From positions 12,783 to 76,782 of the forward strand of contig JBFMGU010000012.1 in the NCBI GenBank assembly GCA_040752415.1: a stretch of 64,000 nt of DNA, given 5' to 3'. The first letter of the stretch is position 1, and every line of letters begins with the position of its first letter. Under the pieces are notes generated by a model that searched no databases, was not told the DNA's origin, and saw only the letters and a program-made list of their open reading frames with translations. Below are positions 1 through 9,172 of this stretch, piece by piece. This DNA is from Myxococcota bacterium. GTDB taxonomy: Bacteria; Myxococcota; JACRCW01. A program made the translations under genes and the position numbers.

Positions 1-182
1 TGACGGCGCTGACGCTGGCGCACATCTTCCTAGGTCTCGTCGGACGCACTGCCGCGCAGCTCAACCTCTCCAGCCTGGGCTTCTCGGTGACCATCCTCTG
101 CGGCGGTGGCGTCCTGTACGTCACCGCGCCGGAGATTGCCGCCGCGGCGGCGCACGCGGCCGTGGCGGTGGTGGCGCGTTGA
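1..182 (+). CDS. fliR: Flagellar export protein FliR, 3' end only
   Basis: Frame from base 3 reads ...IFLGLVGRTAAQLNLSSLGFSVTIL..., resembling the FliR R-x-x-PQLN-x-x-x-GF motif; stop TGA at 180-182; lies directly upstream of flhB. Confidence 0.8.
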   Translation, partial: TALTLAHIFLGLVGRTAAQLNLSSLGFSVTILCGGGVLYVTAPEIAAAAAHAAVAVVAR

Positions 183-187
183 GACGT

Positions 188-203
188 TGGCAATGCTCTT
201 GCT
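188..203 (+). promoter_or_regulatory. Sigma54-type -24/-12 promoter upstream of flhB
   Basis: TGGCAATGCTCTTGCT, with GG-N10-GC spacing and TTGC at -12. Confidence 0.6.
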
Positions 204-215
204 CCGCGCACGGGC

Positions 216-1259
216 ATGTCCGAGTCCGAGGACAAAACAGAAGAACCCACCGCACGCGCCATCCAGCGCGCCTACGACGAAGGACAGCTCGCGCTCTCCC
301 GTGACGTGGTGGCGGCGGCAGGCGCGGCGGGTGCGGCCGGTGTGTTGCTCATGGTGGGCCCGACGCTCACCGGTGAGCTGCGCAACACGTTCTCCGAGGC
401 CATGCATGCGCTGCCGCGGCGCGCCGCGTTTCCCGTCGAGGCGTTGGCGCGCCCGGTGATGCTGGGGGTCCTCGTCGTGGGGGCCATTGCCTTGACGGCG
501 GTGGCGGCCACCGTGGCGCAGACACGCGGCGGTTTGTGGTTGGACCTGGCGGGGTTCAAGCCTGAGCGCATCTTCAGCATGCAACGCGTGACGCGTTTGG
601 TGACGCGGGAGGCGTGGGTGGACCTGGGTGCGCACACCGCCAAGGCGTTGACGCTGGTGGCGGTGGTCTGGCTCGTGGCGCGACAGGAGCTTGCCACGCT
701 GCTCGCGGCTTCCGGCGCCACCCTGGATGCGCAGCTCTCCGTCCTGGGCGACGTGGCGCGCAAGATGCTGCTGCCCACGGTGGCGGCGATGGCGGTGCTG
801 GGGCTGCTGGACTGGCTGCTGGTCCGTCGTCGGTTCCTGCAGAAGCTGCGCATGACCAAGGAGGAGGTCAAGCGTGAGCTCAAGGAAGATGAGGGCGACC
901 CGCTGCTGCGCTCTCGTCGACGACGTCGTCACCGCGAGCTGGCCGCCAACCGCGCGCGCCAGGAGGTCCCCAAGGCCGACGCGGTGGTGGTCAACCCCAC
1001 CCACATTGCCGTGGCCATCCGTTACGACCGGCAGAAGGACAAGGCCCCGCGCGTCACCGCCAAGGGCAAGGGCGCGTTGGCCGAACACATCCGCAACCTG
1101 GCGCGTGAGAACGGTGTGCCGATTGTGCAGGACATTCCATTGGCGCGGCTGCTGCACAAGCGCGTGAAGGTCGGGCAGCAGATCCCGGCGGATACCTACA
1201 AGGCCGTGGCCGCGGTGCTGGCGTTCGTCTACCGCGTCGGCGGCAGGAGGCGGACGTAA
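216..1259 (+). CDS. flhB: Flagellar export switch protein FlhB
   Basis: DKTEEPT N-terminus, RMTKEEVKRELKEDEGDP, NPTH autocleavage motif, KAVAAVLAFVY. Confidence 0.95.
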   Translation: MSESEDKTEEPTARAIQRAYDEGQLALSRDVVAAAGAAGAAGVLLMVGPTLTGELRNTFSEAMHALPRRAAFPVEALARPVMLGVLVVGAIALTAVAATVAQTRGGLWLDLAGFKPERIFSMQRVTRLVTREAWVDLGAHTAKALTLVAVVWLVARQELATLLAASGATLDAQLSVLGDVARKMLLPTVAAMAVLGLLDWLLVRRRFLQKLRMTKEEVKRELKEDEGDPLLRSRRRRRHRELAANRARQEVPKADAVVVNPTHIAVAIRYDRQKDKAPRVTAKGKGALAEHIRNLARENGVPIVQDIPLARLLHKRVKVGQQIPADTYKAVAAVLAFVYRVGGRRRT

Positions 1260-3335
1260 GTGACCGCACCCGTTCCCGCTGGCAGCAGCACGCGCGCCGA
1301 GCAGGTGGTGGCCGCGTGTGTGCTCGCGGTGCTGGCCATCCTGGTCCTGCCCGTCCCACCCGCGGCGCTCGACGTGCTGCTGGCGCTCAACATCGGCGTG
1401 GCGGTGGTGATCCTGCTGGTGGCGCTGCGCGTGCGGCAGCCGCTGGAGTTCTCCGCGTTTCCCACGCTGCTCCTCATCGTCACGTTGTTCCGGTTGGGCC
1501 TCAACGTCGCCACCACGCGACTCATCCTCAGCCACGGCAGCCAGGGCGTGGAGTCCGCGGGCGCCGTCATCGCCACGTTCGGAAAGTTCGCGGTGGGGGG
1601 GAGCCTGGTGGTGGGGTTGGTGGTGTTCCTCATCCTCATCGTCGTGAACTTCACGGTGATCACCAAGGGCTCCAACCGCATCTCCGAGGTGGCGGCGCGC
1701 TTCACGCTGGACGCCATGCCCGGCAAGCAGATGGCCATCGACGCGGACCTGGCCGCCGGCATCATCAACGAGCAGCAGGCGCGCGAGCGGCGCACGACGC
1801 TGGAGCAGGAGGCGGAGTTCTTTGGTGCCATGGATGGCGCCAGCAAGTTCGTGCGTGGCGACGCCGTGGCGGGCCTCATCATCACCGCCATCAACATCGT
1901 CGGTGGCCTCGCCGCGGGATTGCTGCGCGACCATCTCTCCCTGGCGCAGGCCTCCGCCACCTACACCATCCTCACCATTGGCGACGGGCTGGTCTCCCAG
2001 ATTCCCGCGCTGCTCATCTCCACCGCCGCCGGCATTGTCACCACGCGGAGTGGTGAGCGCACCGGGCTCGGCGTGCAGGTGGGACGACAGGTGCTGGGTG
2101 AGCCGCAGGTCATGCAGAGCACCGCCGCGGTGCTGCTGGGCATGGGGCTGTTGCCGGGGATGCCGCTGCTCGCCTTCGCGGGGCTCGCCGGTGCCGCGCT
2201 GCTTGCCGCACGTCGCACGCCCGCCGACAAGGCCGCCGCGGTGCAGGCCGAGGCGCGCGCGGCGCGCGGCAAGGATGAACCGGAACGCATCCAGGACCTG
2301 CTCGCGCTGGACACGCTGGAGGTGCAGGTGGGCGCGGGCCTGCTCTCGCTCATCGACGTCGACCGGGGCGGTGAGCTGCCCGGCCGCATCACGTCGTTGC
2401 GCAAGCAGGTGGCGCAGGAGACCGGCGTGGTGCTGCCGTCGGTGCATCTCAAGGACAACCTGGCGCTGGATTCCACCACCTACCGCGTGCTCTTGCGTGG
2501 CCAGGAGCTGGGGCGTGGCGTGGTGCATGCCGACCGGCTCATGGCGCTCGACGGCGGTGCGGGCGCTCCGGACATCGACGGGATTGCGGCGGTGGAGCCC
2601 GCGTTTGGCCTGCCCGCGCGGTGGATCACGCGTCAACAGCGTGTCGCGGCGGAAGCCAAGGGGTTGACGGTGGTGGACCCCGCTTCCGTCCTCACCACGC
2701 ACCTGGGTGAGCTGCTGCGTCACAACGCGCACGAGCTGGTGGGTCGGCAGGAGGTGCAGGAGCTGGTGGCGCAGTGCTCACGGGAGGCCCCCAAGCTCGT
2801 CGAGGCCACCGTGCCCTCCGTCGTCACGTTGGGCGAGCTGGTGGCGGTGGTGCGTGGCCTGTTGCGGGAAGGCATCAGTGTGCGTGACTTCCGCACCATC
2901 CTGGAGGCGGTGGCCGACGCGGCAGTGAAGAGCAAGGACCCCGCGCACCTGGTGGAGCACACCCGTCGTCGCCTCGCGCGCCAGATCACCTCGCGACTCA
3001 AAAATGACAGTGGCCGGATCAAGGTCCTGACGCTCTCCCGCAAGGTGGAGGAGTCATTGCGAGGGTCCCTGGTGGCCGCCGACGGAGAATTGACGCTGGC
3101 GCCGGACGTGGAGACCGCGCGCTCGCTCCTGGCCCAGCTTGAGCGTGCCTCGGCGCAGCTCGCCGCGCAGGGACTGCCCACCGTGGTGCTGGCGCCCGCC
3201 GACCTGCGCCGGCCGTTCTTCGAGTTCGCCGCGCGTTTCCACAGTGAGCTGTGGGTCATCTGCGCGCGTGAGCTGCTGCCCGGCACCGCGCTGGATCCCG
3301 CCGCCGTCCTCGAGCCGGAGCTCGCACTGCGCTGA
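1260..3335 (+). CDS. flhA: Flagellar export gate protein FlhA
   Basis: FHIPEP motifs FSAFPTLLL, RISEVAARFTLDAMPGKQMAIDADL, FFGAMDGASKFVRGDA; GTG start. Confidence 0.95.
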   Translation: MTAPVPAGSSTRAEQVVAACVLAVLAILVLPVPPAALDVLLALNIGVAVVILLVALRVRQPLEFSAFPTLLLIVTLFRLGLNVATTRLILSHGSQGVESAGAVIATFGKFAVGGSLVVGLVVFLILIVVNFTVITKGSNRISEVAARFTLDAMPGKQMAIDADLAAGIINEQQARERRTTLEQEAEFFGAMDGASKFVRGDAVAGLIITAINIVGGLAAGLLRDHLSLAQASATYTILTIGDGLVSQIPALLISTAAGIVTTRSGERTGLGVQVGRQVLGEPQVMQSTAAVLLGMGLLPGMPLLAFAGLAGAALLAARRTPADKAAAVQAEARAARGKDEPERIQDLLALDTLEVQVGAGLLSLIDVDRGGELPGRITSLRKQVAQETGVVLPSVHLKDNLALDSTTYRVLLRGQELGRGVVHADRLMALDGGAGAPDIDGIAAVEPAFGLPARWITRQQRVAAEAKGLTVVDPASVLTTHLGELLRHNAHELVGRQEVQELVAQCSREAPKLVEATVPSVVTLGELVAVVRGLLREGISVRDFRTILEAVADAAVKSKDPAHLVEHTRRRLARQITSRLKNDSGRIKVLTLSRKVEESLRGSLVAADGELTLAPDVETARSLLAQLERASAQLAAQGLPTVVLAPADLRRPFFEFAARFHSELWVICARELLPGTALDPAAVLEPELALR

Positions 3336-3360
3336 GGTCACGTTCCCGACGTGGAATGGC

Positions 3361-3376
3361 TGGCCTGCGTCTTGCT
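3361..3376 (+). promoter_or_regulatory. Sigma54-type promoter upstream of flhF
   Basis: TGGCCTGCGTCTTGCT, GG-N10-GC. Confidence 0.55.
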
Positions 3377-3408
3377 CCTGGGTGGTGCGGTGAGAACGCG
3401 GGAGATGC

Positions 3409-4467
3409 GTGATGCAGACATCGGTCAGGACCTTCCGAGCCAGCGACGCGCGCAGTGCGCTGCAGGCGGTCAAGGCCGCCCTCGGCGCGCAGGCGGTGAT
3501 CCTCTCGACGAGAGAGGTGAAGTCGGGCCTGTTCCAGCCGCCGGAGGTGGAGATCACCGCCGCGCTCCACGTCGACACACCGCAGATCGCGCCGCCGCCC
3601 GCCACGGTGACGCGCGCGTACCGCCAGGCCGCGAGCAGCGCGCCCACCAGCTGGCCCGGTGAGGGCAATTCCCGTGGTGGCGACGTGTGGCCGGAGGCCG
3701 GCTGGCCCGCGCACGCGCGCACGTTGTGGCGCACCCTCACCGAGCAGGGCGTCCCCGACGACGTGGCCCACGCCGCGGTCCTGGCCGGTCGCGACCGCGA
3801 TCCCTGGCCGGGACCCCATGTGCTGCAGGAAGGCGCGCGGCAGTTCCTCCATTCCCGCCTCCACTGCGCGCCCGCGCCGTGGCTCGACGCCAACCGCCGC
3901 ATCATGGCGCTGGTGGGACCCACCGGGGTGGGCAAGACCACCACCGTGGCCAAGATGGCGGCGCGCGCCATGTTGGATGGGCGGCTCAAGGTTGGCCTGA
4001 TCAGTGTCGATACGTGGCGGGTGGGCGCCTGGCAGCAGCTGGCGAAGTACGGGGAGATCCTCGGCGTCCCCACGTTGGTGGCGCGGACGCGTGAGGAGCT
4101 GTGCAGCGCCGCGGCGCGGTTGCGCGGTTGCCAGCTGGTGCTCGTGGACACCGCGGGCCGCTCCGAGGAGGACGCCATCCTGCGCCAGGCCGAGCTGCTG
4201 CGCTCCGTCGACGCCATGGAGATGTACCTCACCGTCAGCGCCACCAACGGGACACGGGATGTGGCGGCGTGCGCCCGTCGCTACCGCGCGCTGGATCCCC
4301 ACGGGATCGTCGTCACCAAGCTGGATGAAGCGGTGGCGCCGGGCTGCGTGCTGGCCACCGACCTCTCACCCGCACAGCCGCTGGTGGCGCTCACCGACGG
4401 ACAATCCATCCCCGAGGACCTGCACGCCGCCACCGCCGAGAAGTTCCTCCCCCGCATCATCGGCTGA
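3409..4467 (+). CDS. flhF: SRP-family GTPase FlhF
   Basis: N-terminal VRTFRA..ALQAVKAALG..AVILSTR; GPTGVGKTTT, DTAG, TKLDE, GQSIPEDL. Confidence 0.92.
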   Translation: MMQTSVRTFRASDARSALQAVKAALGAQAVILSTREVKSGLFQPPEVEITAALHVDTPQIAPPPATVTRAYRQAASSAPTSWPGEGNSRGGDVWPEAGWPAHARTLWRTLTEQGVPDDVAHAAVLAGRDRDPWPGPHVLQEGARQFLHSRLHCAPAPWLDANRRIMALVGPTGVGKTTTVAKMAARAMLDGRLKVGLISVDTWRVGAWQQLAKYGEILGVPTLVARTREELCSAAARLRGCQLVLVDTAGRSEEDAILRQAELLRSVDAMEMYLTVSATNGTRDVAACARRYRALDPHGIVVTKLDEAVAPGCVLATDLSPAQPLVALTDGQSIPEDLHAATAEKFLPRIIG

Positions 4468-4496
4468 CCTGCGCAGCCGCATCCCAGGAGCACCCC

Positions 4497-5354
4497 ATGC
4501 TCGAGACTGAATCCACGCCCACGCCGCGCCCCAACCGACTCCGCGTCATTGCCACCACCAGCGGGAAGGGTGGCGTGGGCAAGACCACCATGTCCTGCAA
4601 CCTGGCCGCGTTGTGCGCCATCAACGGGCAGCGCGTGCTGCTGCTGGACGCGGACCTGGGTCTGGCCAACGTGGAGATCATCTTTGACGTCCACCCGCGC
4701 TACCACATGGGTGACCTCCTGGACCGCCAGATCCCCATGGACCAGGTGCTGTGCGACGGACCGCGCGGCATCAAGATCCTCTCCGCCGGCACCGGCGTGC
4801 AGCGGCTCACGCGCCTGGATGAAGCCCAGAAGCTGCGGCTCATCAGCGCGCTGGACCCGCTGGAGGACCTGTTTGACGTCGTCATTGTCGACACCGGCAG
4901 CGGCATTGGTGACAACGTGCTGTTCTTTGCCGGCGCCAGCCAGGAGGTGCTGCTGGTGGTGTCGCCGGAGCCCACCTCGCTCACGGATGCGTACGCCACG
5001 GTGAAGGTGCTCTCCCAGCAGGCGGGTGTGCGGCAGTTCAACGTGGTCATCAATCCCGCCCCCAATGACGCCGTGGCGCGGGGCATCTTCGAGAAGCTGG
5101 TGAACGTCACCAACCGCTTCCTCAACGCGCGCGTGAGCTACGTGGGCTACGTCCCGCGCGACGAGAACATCCACCGCGCCGTGATGAGCCAGCGCCCGGT
5201 GGTGGACATCTTCCCGCAGTCGCCGGCCTCGCGCGCGCTGGCGCACGTCCACGCGCGTCTCTTCGAGAACACCACGTCCACGATCCTCGACGGCGGCCTG
5301 AAGTTCCTGTGGCAGCGCGTGATGCGTGAGTCGCAGGCGGCGGCACAGGGGTGA
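4497..5354 (+). CDS. flhG: MinD-like ATPase FlhG/FleN
   Basis: SGKGGVGKT, DADLGLAN, PEPTSLTDAYA; located between flhF and fliA. Confidence 0.92.
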   Translation: MLETESTPTPRPNRLRVIATTSGKGGVGKTTMSCNLAALCAINGQRVLLLDADLGLANVEIIFDVHPRYHMGDLLDRQIPMDQVLCDGPRGIKILSAGTGVQRLTRLDEAQKLRLISALDPLEDLFDVVIVDTGSGIGDNVLFFAGASQEVLLVVSPEPTSLTDAYATVKVLSQQAGVRQFNVVINPAPNDAVARGIFEKLVNVTNRFLNARVSYVGYVPRDENIHRAVMSQRPVVDIFPQSPASRALAHVHARLFENTTSTILDGGLKFLWQRVMRESQAAAQG

Positions 5355-5357
5355 GCC

Positions 5358-6047
5358 ATGCACCGCGCCGTGCAGAGCTATTCCGCACCACCACAGCCGG
5401 ACGCCAAGGAGCTGATCCGTCGTCACTCCGCGGTGATTGACGGTTGCGCGCGACGGTTGGCGCTGCGCCTGGGGGCCATGGACCGGTTTGATGACCTCTG
5501 GGCAGCGGGCGCGGCGGCCCTGGTGGCGGCGGCGTCACGCTTTGATCCCTCCCGCGGCGCGCGCTTCGAGACGTTCGCGGAACACCGCGTGCGGGGCGCC
5601 ATGCTCGACGAGGTGCGCCGCCAGGACCACCTGCCACGAAGGCTGCGCGCCAGCGGCGCATCCATCCAGGCGGCGCGTCGTCGTCTGGGACAGCAGCTCT
5701 CGCGCGAGCCCACGCGGGAGGAGGTGGGCGAGGAACTGGGCGTCGACCCGGAGGATGTGGGCGACGTGGAGATGCTGCAGCAGCCACACGTACCGCTGGA
5801 GCTGGCCGAGGATCCCGCCGCCAACATCACTTCCGCCGACGAGCTGGTAAGCAACGCGCAGTTGCGCGGGCGGATGCGGGAGGCGGTGGCGCTGCTCCCG
5901 GAACGGCTGCAACTCGTCATCTCGCTCCACTACGTGGAGTCCCTGACCTACCGCGAGATTGCGGAGATCCTGAAGGTCAGCGAGCCGCGTGTCTGTCAGC
6001 TGCACGCGCAGGCCATCCAGGAGATCCGTAAGCGCCTGGAAGGATGA
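5358..6047 (+). CDS. fliA: RNA polymerase sigma28 factor FliA
   Basis: RFDPSRGARFETFAEHRVRGAMLDEVR and LHYVESLTYREIAEILKVSEPRVCQLH. Confidence 0.93.
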   Translation: MHRAVQSYSAPPQPDAKELIRRHSAVIDGCARRLALRLGAMDRFDDLWAAGAAALVAAASRFDPSRGARFETFAEHRVRGAMLDEVRRQDHLPRRLRASGASIQAARRRLGQQLSREPTREEVGEELGVDPEDVGDVEMLQQPHVPLELAEDPAANITSADELVSNAQLRGRMREAVALLPERLQLVISLHYVESLTYREIAEILKVSEPRVCQLHAQAIQEIRKRLEG

Positions 6048-6080
6048 GCGCGCGGGAAGCTCCCACACCGGGCACCTGTA

Positions 6081-6375
6081 AGCAGGTGGCCAGGGGTCTA
6101 TCACTCGTCGAGAAGCTCCGTTGAAGCCGGGAGAACCGAATCCAAAGCGGTATTTCAGACCGCACTCCCAGAGTGCCGGGCGCGCGCGTGTCGTTGGTCA
6201 CCTTGGCCGGCACGCAGCATTTCCCCACGTGCATCCGCGGTGCGGGCATCCGACGGAAAAGCGGTCCGAGCGGCGCCCGCACCTTTGGGAGTGCGGTCTG
6301 AAATACCGCTTTGGATTCGGTTCTCCCGGCTTCAGCGGAGCTTCTCCGCGAGTGAAGCACGTCTGGCCACCTGCT
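6081..6375. repeat. Long inverted-repeat element (REP doublet/REPIN-like), arms about 100 bp, loop about 90 bp
   Basis: 6110-6170 pairs with 6286-6346 with one mismatch; looser pairing extends to 6081/6375; each arm carries GGAGTGCGGT-loop-ACCGCTTTGG. Confidence 0.9.
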
Positions 6376-6445
6376 CAAGCGTCTGAACCAAGCCGAGCGG
6401 CGCTCCAAGCGCGTGTGGTGCCGACGGTACTCGCTGAGCAAGGGA

Positions 6446-6862
6446 TCAGCCGCGACGCGCGCGCAGCATCAGGGCTGCTTCATCCATCTGCCGCTGCTCC
6501 CGACGCGCGAGCTCCCGCTGTTCCCGCTCCTCTTCCAGCGAGTAGACGTGCTCCACCGCGCGCAGGCGCGTGACGGCGTGGAGATGACCGTGCTGCGCGG
6601 CACGGAGCTTCTCCTCGGCCTCATTGAGCCTGGCGTTGGCTGCCTGGATGCGATGACGCAGGTGCAGCGACGCCACGTCGGCGAGCTGGGCCAGAGACGC
6701 ATCCTCCAGCGCGGGACGGTGCGCGGCCTGCGCGGTGAGCTCATGGACGGACGCGTGGTGCTCACGCACGGCGTCCAAGGCGCGCGCCACCATCCGACGC
6801 GCGCGCTCCTCCTCCACGTTGCGCAACCACACCACCTTTGCCAATGCACTCTCGGTCGCCAT
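6446..6862 (-). CDS. fliJ: FliJ-like flagellar export chaperone, inverted relative to the cluster
   Basis: 138-aa coiled coil MATESALAKVVWLR...ARREQRQMDEAA with the FliJ C-terminal EQxxxDE motif; start re-called inside ORF 6446..7111. Confidence 0.75.
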   Translation of the reverse strand: MATESALAKVVWLRNVEEERARRMVARALDAVREHHASVHELTAQAAHRPALEDASLAQLADVASLHLRHRIQAANARLNEAEEKLRAAQHGHLHAVTRLRAVEHVYSLEEEREQRELARREQRQMDEAALMLRARRG

Positions 6863-6869
6863 GTCCTCG

Positions 6870-6898
6870 TTTTCGGCACACCCCTGGCGGAACCTGAG
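6870..6898 (-). promoter_or_regulatory. Sigma28-like promoter of fliJ
   Basis: CTCAGG-N13-GTGCCGAAAA on the minus strand; same spacing as five other sites. Confidence 0.65.
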
Positions 6899-6978
6899 GG
6901 CGTGATCCCGCGGTGCCACGTTTCCGTCGCGTGACAGCGCTTTGACCCGGCACAAGCCCGTCTCCCTCGAGGAACCGC

Positions 6979-6994
6979 TGGCGCGGGCCTTGCT
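6979..6994 (+). promoter_or_regulatory. Sigma54-type promoter upstream of the flgF operon
   Basis: TGGCGCGGGCCTTGCT, GG-N10-GC. Confidence 0.65.
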
Positions 6995-7017
6995 CTCCGC
7001 ACCCCCTGGAGGCTCCC

Positions 7018-7725
7018 ATGACGGACGGCTTGTACGTGGGCATGACGGCGGCAACGGCACGGGCCCAACAACTCGAGGCCGTGGCCGACAACCTGGCCAA
7101 CGCACAGACACCGGGCTTCAAGGCCACCACGCCCACGTTCGAGACCTACATGGTCGGCGACGGATCCTCGCAGGCGCCGTACGTCGTCGCCTCCTCCACC
7201 AACGTGGACCGACGAGAGGGCACCACGGTCATCAGCGGAAATCCCCTGGACGTGGTGCCGGAAGGGGACCTCTTCCTGGCGGTCTCCATGCCGGGCGGAC
7301 AACGCGGCTTCACGCGCGCGGGCCGCCTCTCCGTCGACGCGAGTGGCATGCTCTCCGCGGCGGGGCATCCGCTGCTCGGCGCCAGCGGCGGGCCCATCCT
7401 GGTGCCACCGGGGGCCGCGCCCACCATCCGGGAAAACGGTGAGGTCGTCGTCGCGGGCAGCGTCGTCGACAGCATCTCCCTGTTCAAGCTCGAAGGAGAG
7501 CTGCAGCGCGTGGGCCCCAGCCTCCTGCTGCCGCAGGGCAAGGCCGTGCCGCAGGGCGAAACGCGCCTCCGCGTGGGTGAGCTGGAGATGGGCAACGGCA
7601 ACATGCTCGACGCCGCGGTGCAGCTCGTGGCGGTGCAACGTCACTTCGACAACGCCATCCAGGCCATCCAGACCTACCGCAAGATGGATTCGCAGGCGGT
7701 GGAGCTGGGCCGCGTCCGCGGTTGA
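7018..7725 (+). CDS. flgF: Flagellar basal-body rod protein FlgF
   Basis: ADNLANAQTPGFK, GNPLDV, TRAG, C-terminal QRHFD; directly upstream of flgG. Confidence 0.85.
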   Translation: MTDGLYVGMTAATARAQQLEAVADNLANAQTPGFKATTPTFETYMVGDGSSQAPYVVASSTNVDRREGTTVISGNPLDVVPEGDLFLAVSMPGGQRGFTRAGRLSVDASGMLSAAGHPLLGASGGPILVPPGAAPTIRENGEVVVAGSVVDSISLFKLEGELQRVGPSLLLPQGKAVPQGETRLRVGELEMGNGNMLDAAVQLVAVQRHFDNAIQAIQTYRKMDSQAVELGRVRG

Positions 7726-7749
7726 TCACGACGAGAAAGGAACCGTTCC

Positions 7750-8535
7750 ATGCTCCGCTCCCTCTACACCGCCGCCACCGGCATGCAGGCCCAGCAGCTC
7801 CGCCTGGACATCACCGCGCACAACCTGGCCAACGCGAGCACCACCGGTTTCAAGAAAGGTCGTGCGGATTTCGAGGACCTGCTCTCGGAGACCATCCGGC
7901 CCGCCACCGGCCCGCAAGCCGGCAACGGTGGTTCACCCACGCCGCTGGAGGTGGGGCTGGGAACGCGCCTCAGCTCGACGACACGCTTCCTGGCCCAGGG
8001 CGACATGGTGGCCACCAACAATCCGCTCGACGTGTCCATTGAGGGCAACGGCTTCTTCGCTGTGCAGCGACCCAATGGCGATGCGGCCTTCACCCGCGCG
8101 GGCAACTTCCGCGTCGACGCCACGGGCCGGCTGGTGACCGCGCACGGGGACCTGGTGGAGCCCGGCATCACGGTGCCGCAGGAGGCGCTGTCCGTGGCCA
8201 TCAAGCCGGATGGCGTCGTGCAGGCGCAGGTGCCGGGCCGCGGCGAGCCGGTGCAGCTGGGGGTGCTGGAGCTGGTGACGTTCACCAATCCCGGCGGCCT
8301 GGAGAGCATGGGCAACAACCTGCTGCGCGCCACCGAGGCCAGCGGCGAGCCCCAACGCGTGCGCCCCGGTGAAGACGGCACCGGCGCGCTGGCGCAGGGC
8401 TACCTGGAAGGCTCCAACGTCGAGGCGGCCACCGAGATGATCGACATGATCGTCACGCAGCGCGCGTTCGAGATGAGCTCCAAGGTCATCCAGACCACCG
8501 ACCAGATGCTGCAGAAGCTGACGAACCTGCGGTGA
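7750..8535 (+). CDS. flgG: Flagellar distal rod protein FlgG
   Basis: MLRSLYTAATGMQAQQ..AHNLANASTTGFKK..F.DL; GYLEGSNV; QRAFEMSSKVIQTTDQML. Confidence 0.95.
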   Translation: MLRSLYTAATGMQAQQLRLDITAHNLANASTTGFKKGRADFEDLLSETIRPATGPQAGNGGSPTPLEVGLGTRLSSTTRFLAQGDMVATNNPLDVSIEGNGFFAVQRPNGDAAFTRAGNFRVDATGRLVTAHGDLVEPGITVPQEALSVAIKPDGVVQAQVPGRGEPVQLGVLELVTFTNPGGLESMGNNLLRATEASGEPQRVRPGEDGTGALAQGYLEGSNVEAATEMIDMIVTQRAFEMSSKVIQTTDQMLQKLTNLR

Positions 8536-8539
8536 TGCC

Positions 8540-9172
8540 ATGACGCGCGCGCTCGCCCTTCTCGTGTTCGTGTGGTCGGCGGGAGCTGCCGGTGCGCCGG
8601 ACCCTGCGCGTGCGCTCGTCGTGGAGACGCTGCGGTCCAGGGCCGAGGTGGTGGGAAGCCGCGTGGAGGTGTCGTCGGTGCGGTGGCATCTCCCGCGTGG
8701 ATGCGCGCCGGAGCGCGTCAACCCGCAGGCGCCGCTGCGCACGTCGGGAAGGGTGTCGCTCGTCGTGGAGGGAGCGGGTTGTCGCGGCGTGGCCACGGCA
8801 GTGGTGAAGGTGTTTGCACCGGTGTGGGTGAGCACTGCGCCCGTCGAGGCCGGGGGGCGGATGGAGGGACGCGTCACGCGCAAGGAACGAGAGCTCCGTC
8901 CGGGCATGCAACCCTGGTTGAGCGAGGCGCCTCCGCAGGTGGCCGCGCGCGCGCTGGGGGTTGGCGTCGTCGTCGAGGAGAAACACGTGCGTGCCGTGGG
9001 TCCCGCGGCGGGTGAGTCGGTGCGCGTGGTGGCGCAGGTGGGCGCGGTCCGGATTGCCCAGGTGGGTCGAGTCACGCCGTGCGCCGGTCCGTGGATCTGC
9101 GCGCAGCTCCCCGGCGGTCGTCGCGTGGAAGGACGCATGCGCGAGGGCGAGCTGGTGGTGGAGGTGCCATGA
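8540..9172 (+). CDS. flgA: P-ring formation chaperone FlgA-like protein
   Basis: Signal peptide, SAF-like C-terminus (ARALGVG...GESVRVVA..GAVRIAQVG), position between flgG and flgH. Confidence 0.7.
   Translation: MTRALALLVFVWSAGAAGAPDPARALVVETLRSRAEVVGSRVEVSSVRWHLPRGCAPERVNPQAPLRTSGRVSLVVEGAGCRGVATAVVKVFAPVWVSTAPVEAGGRMEGRVTRKERELRPGMQPWLSEAPPQVAARALGVGVVVEEKHVRAVGPAAGESVRVVAQVGAVRIAQVGRVTPCAGPWICAQLPGGRRVEGRMREGELVVEVP

Noticed and set aside
30..2732. Long antisense ORFs (e.g. 30..2732, 7933..10923, 30169..33123, 51806..54418)
   Set aside because: Shadows of real genes in high-GC DNA; no recognisable motifs
6121..6573. ORFs spanning the long inverted repeats (also at 28.1-28.8, 34.8-35.5 and 59.6-60.1 kb)
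   Set aside because: Translations of palindromic non-coding elements giving mirrored peptides; no protein motifs
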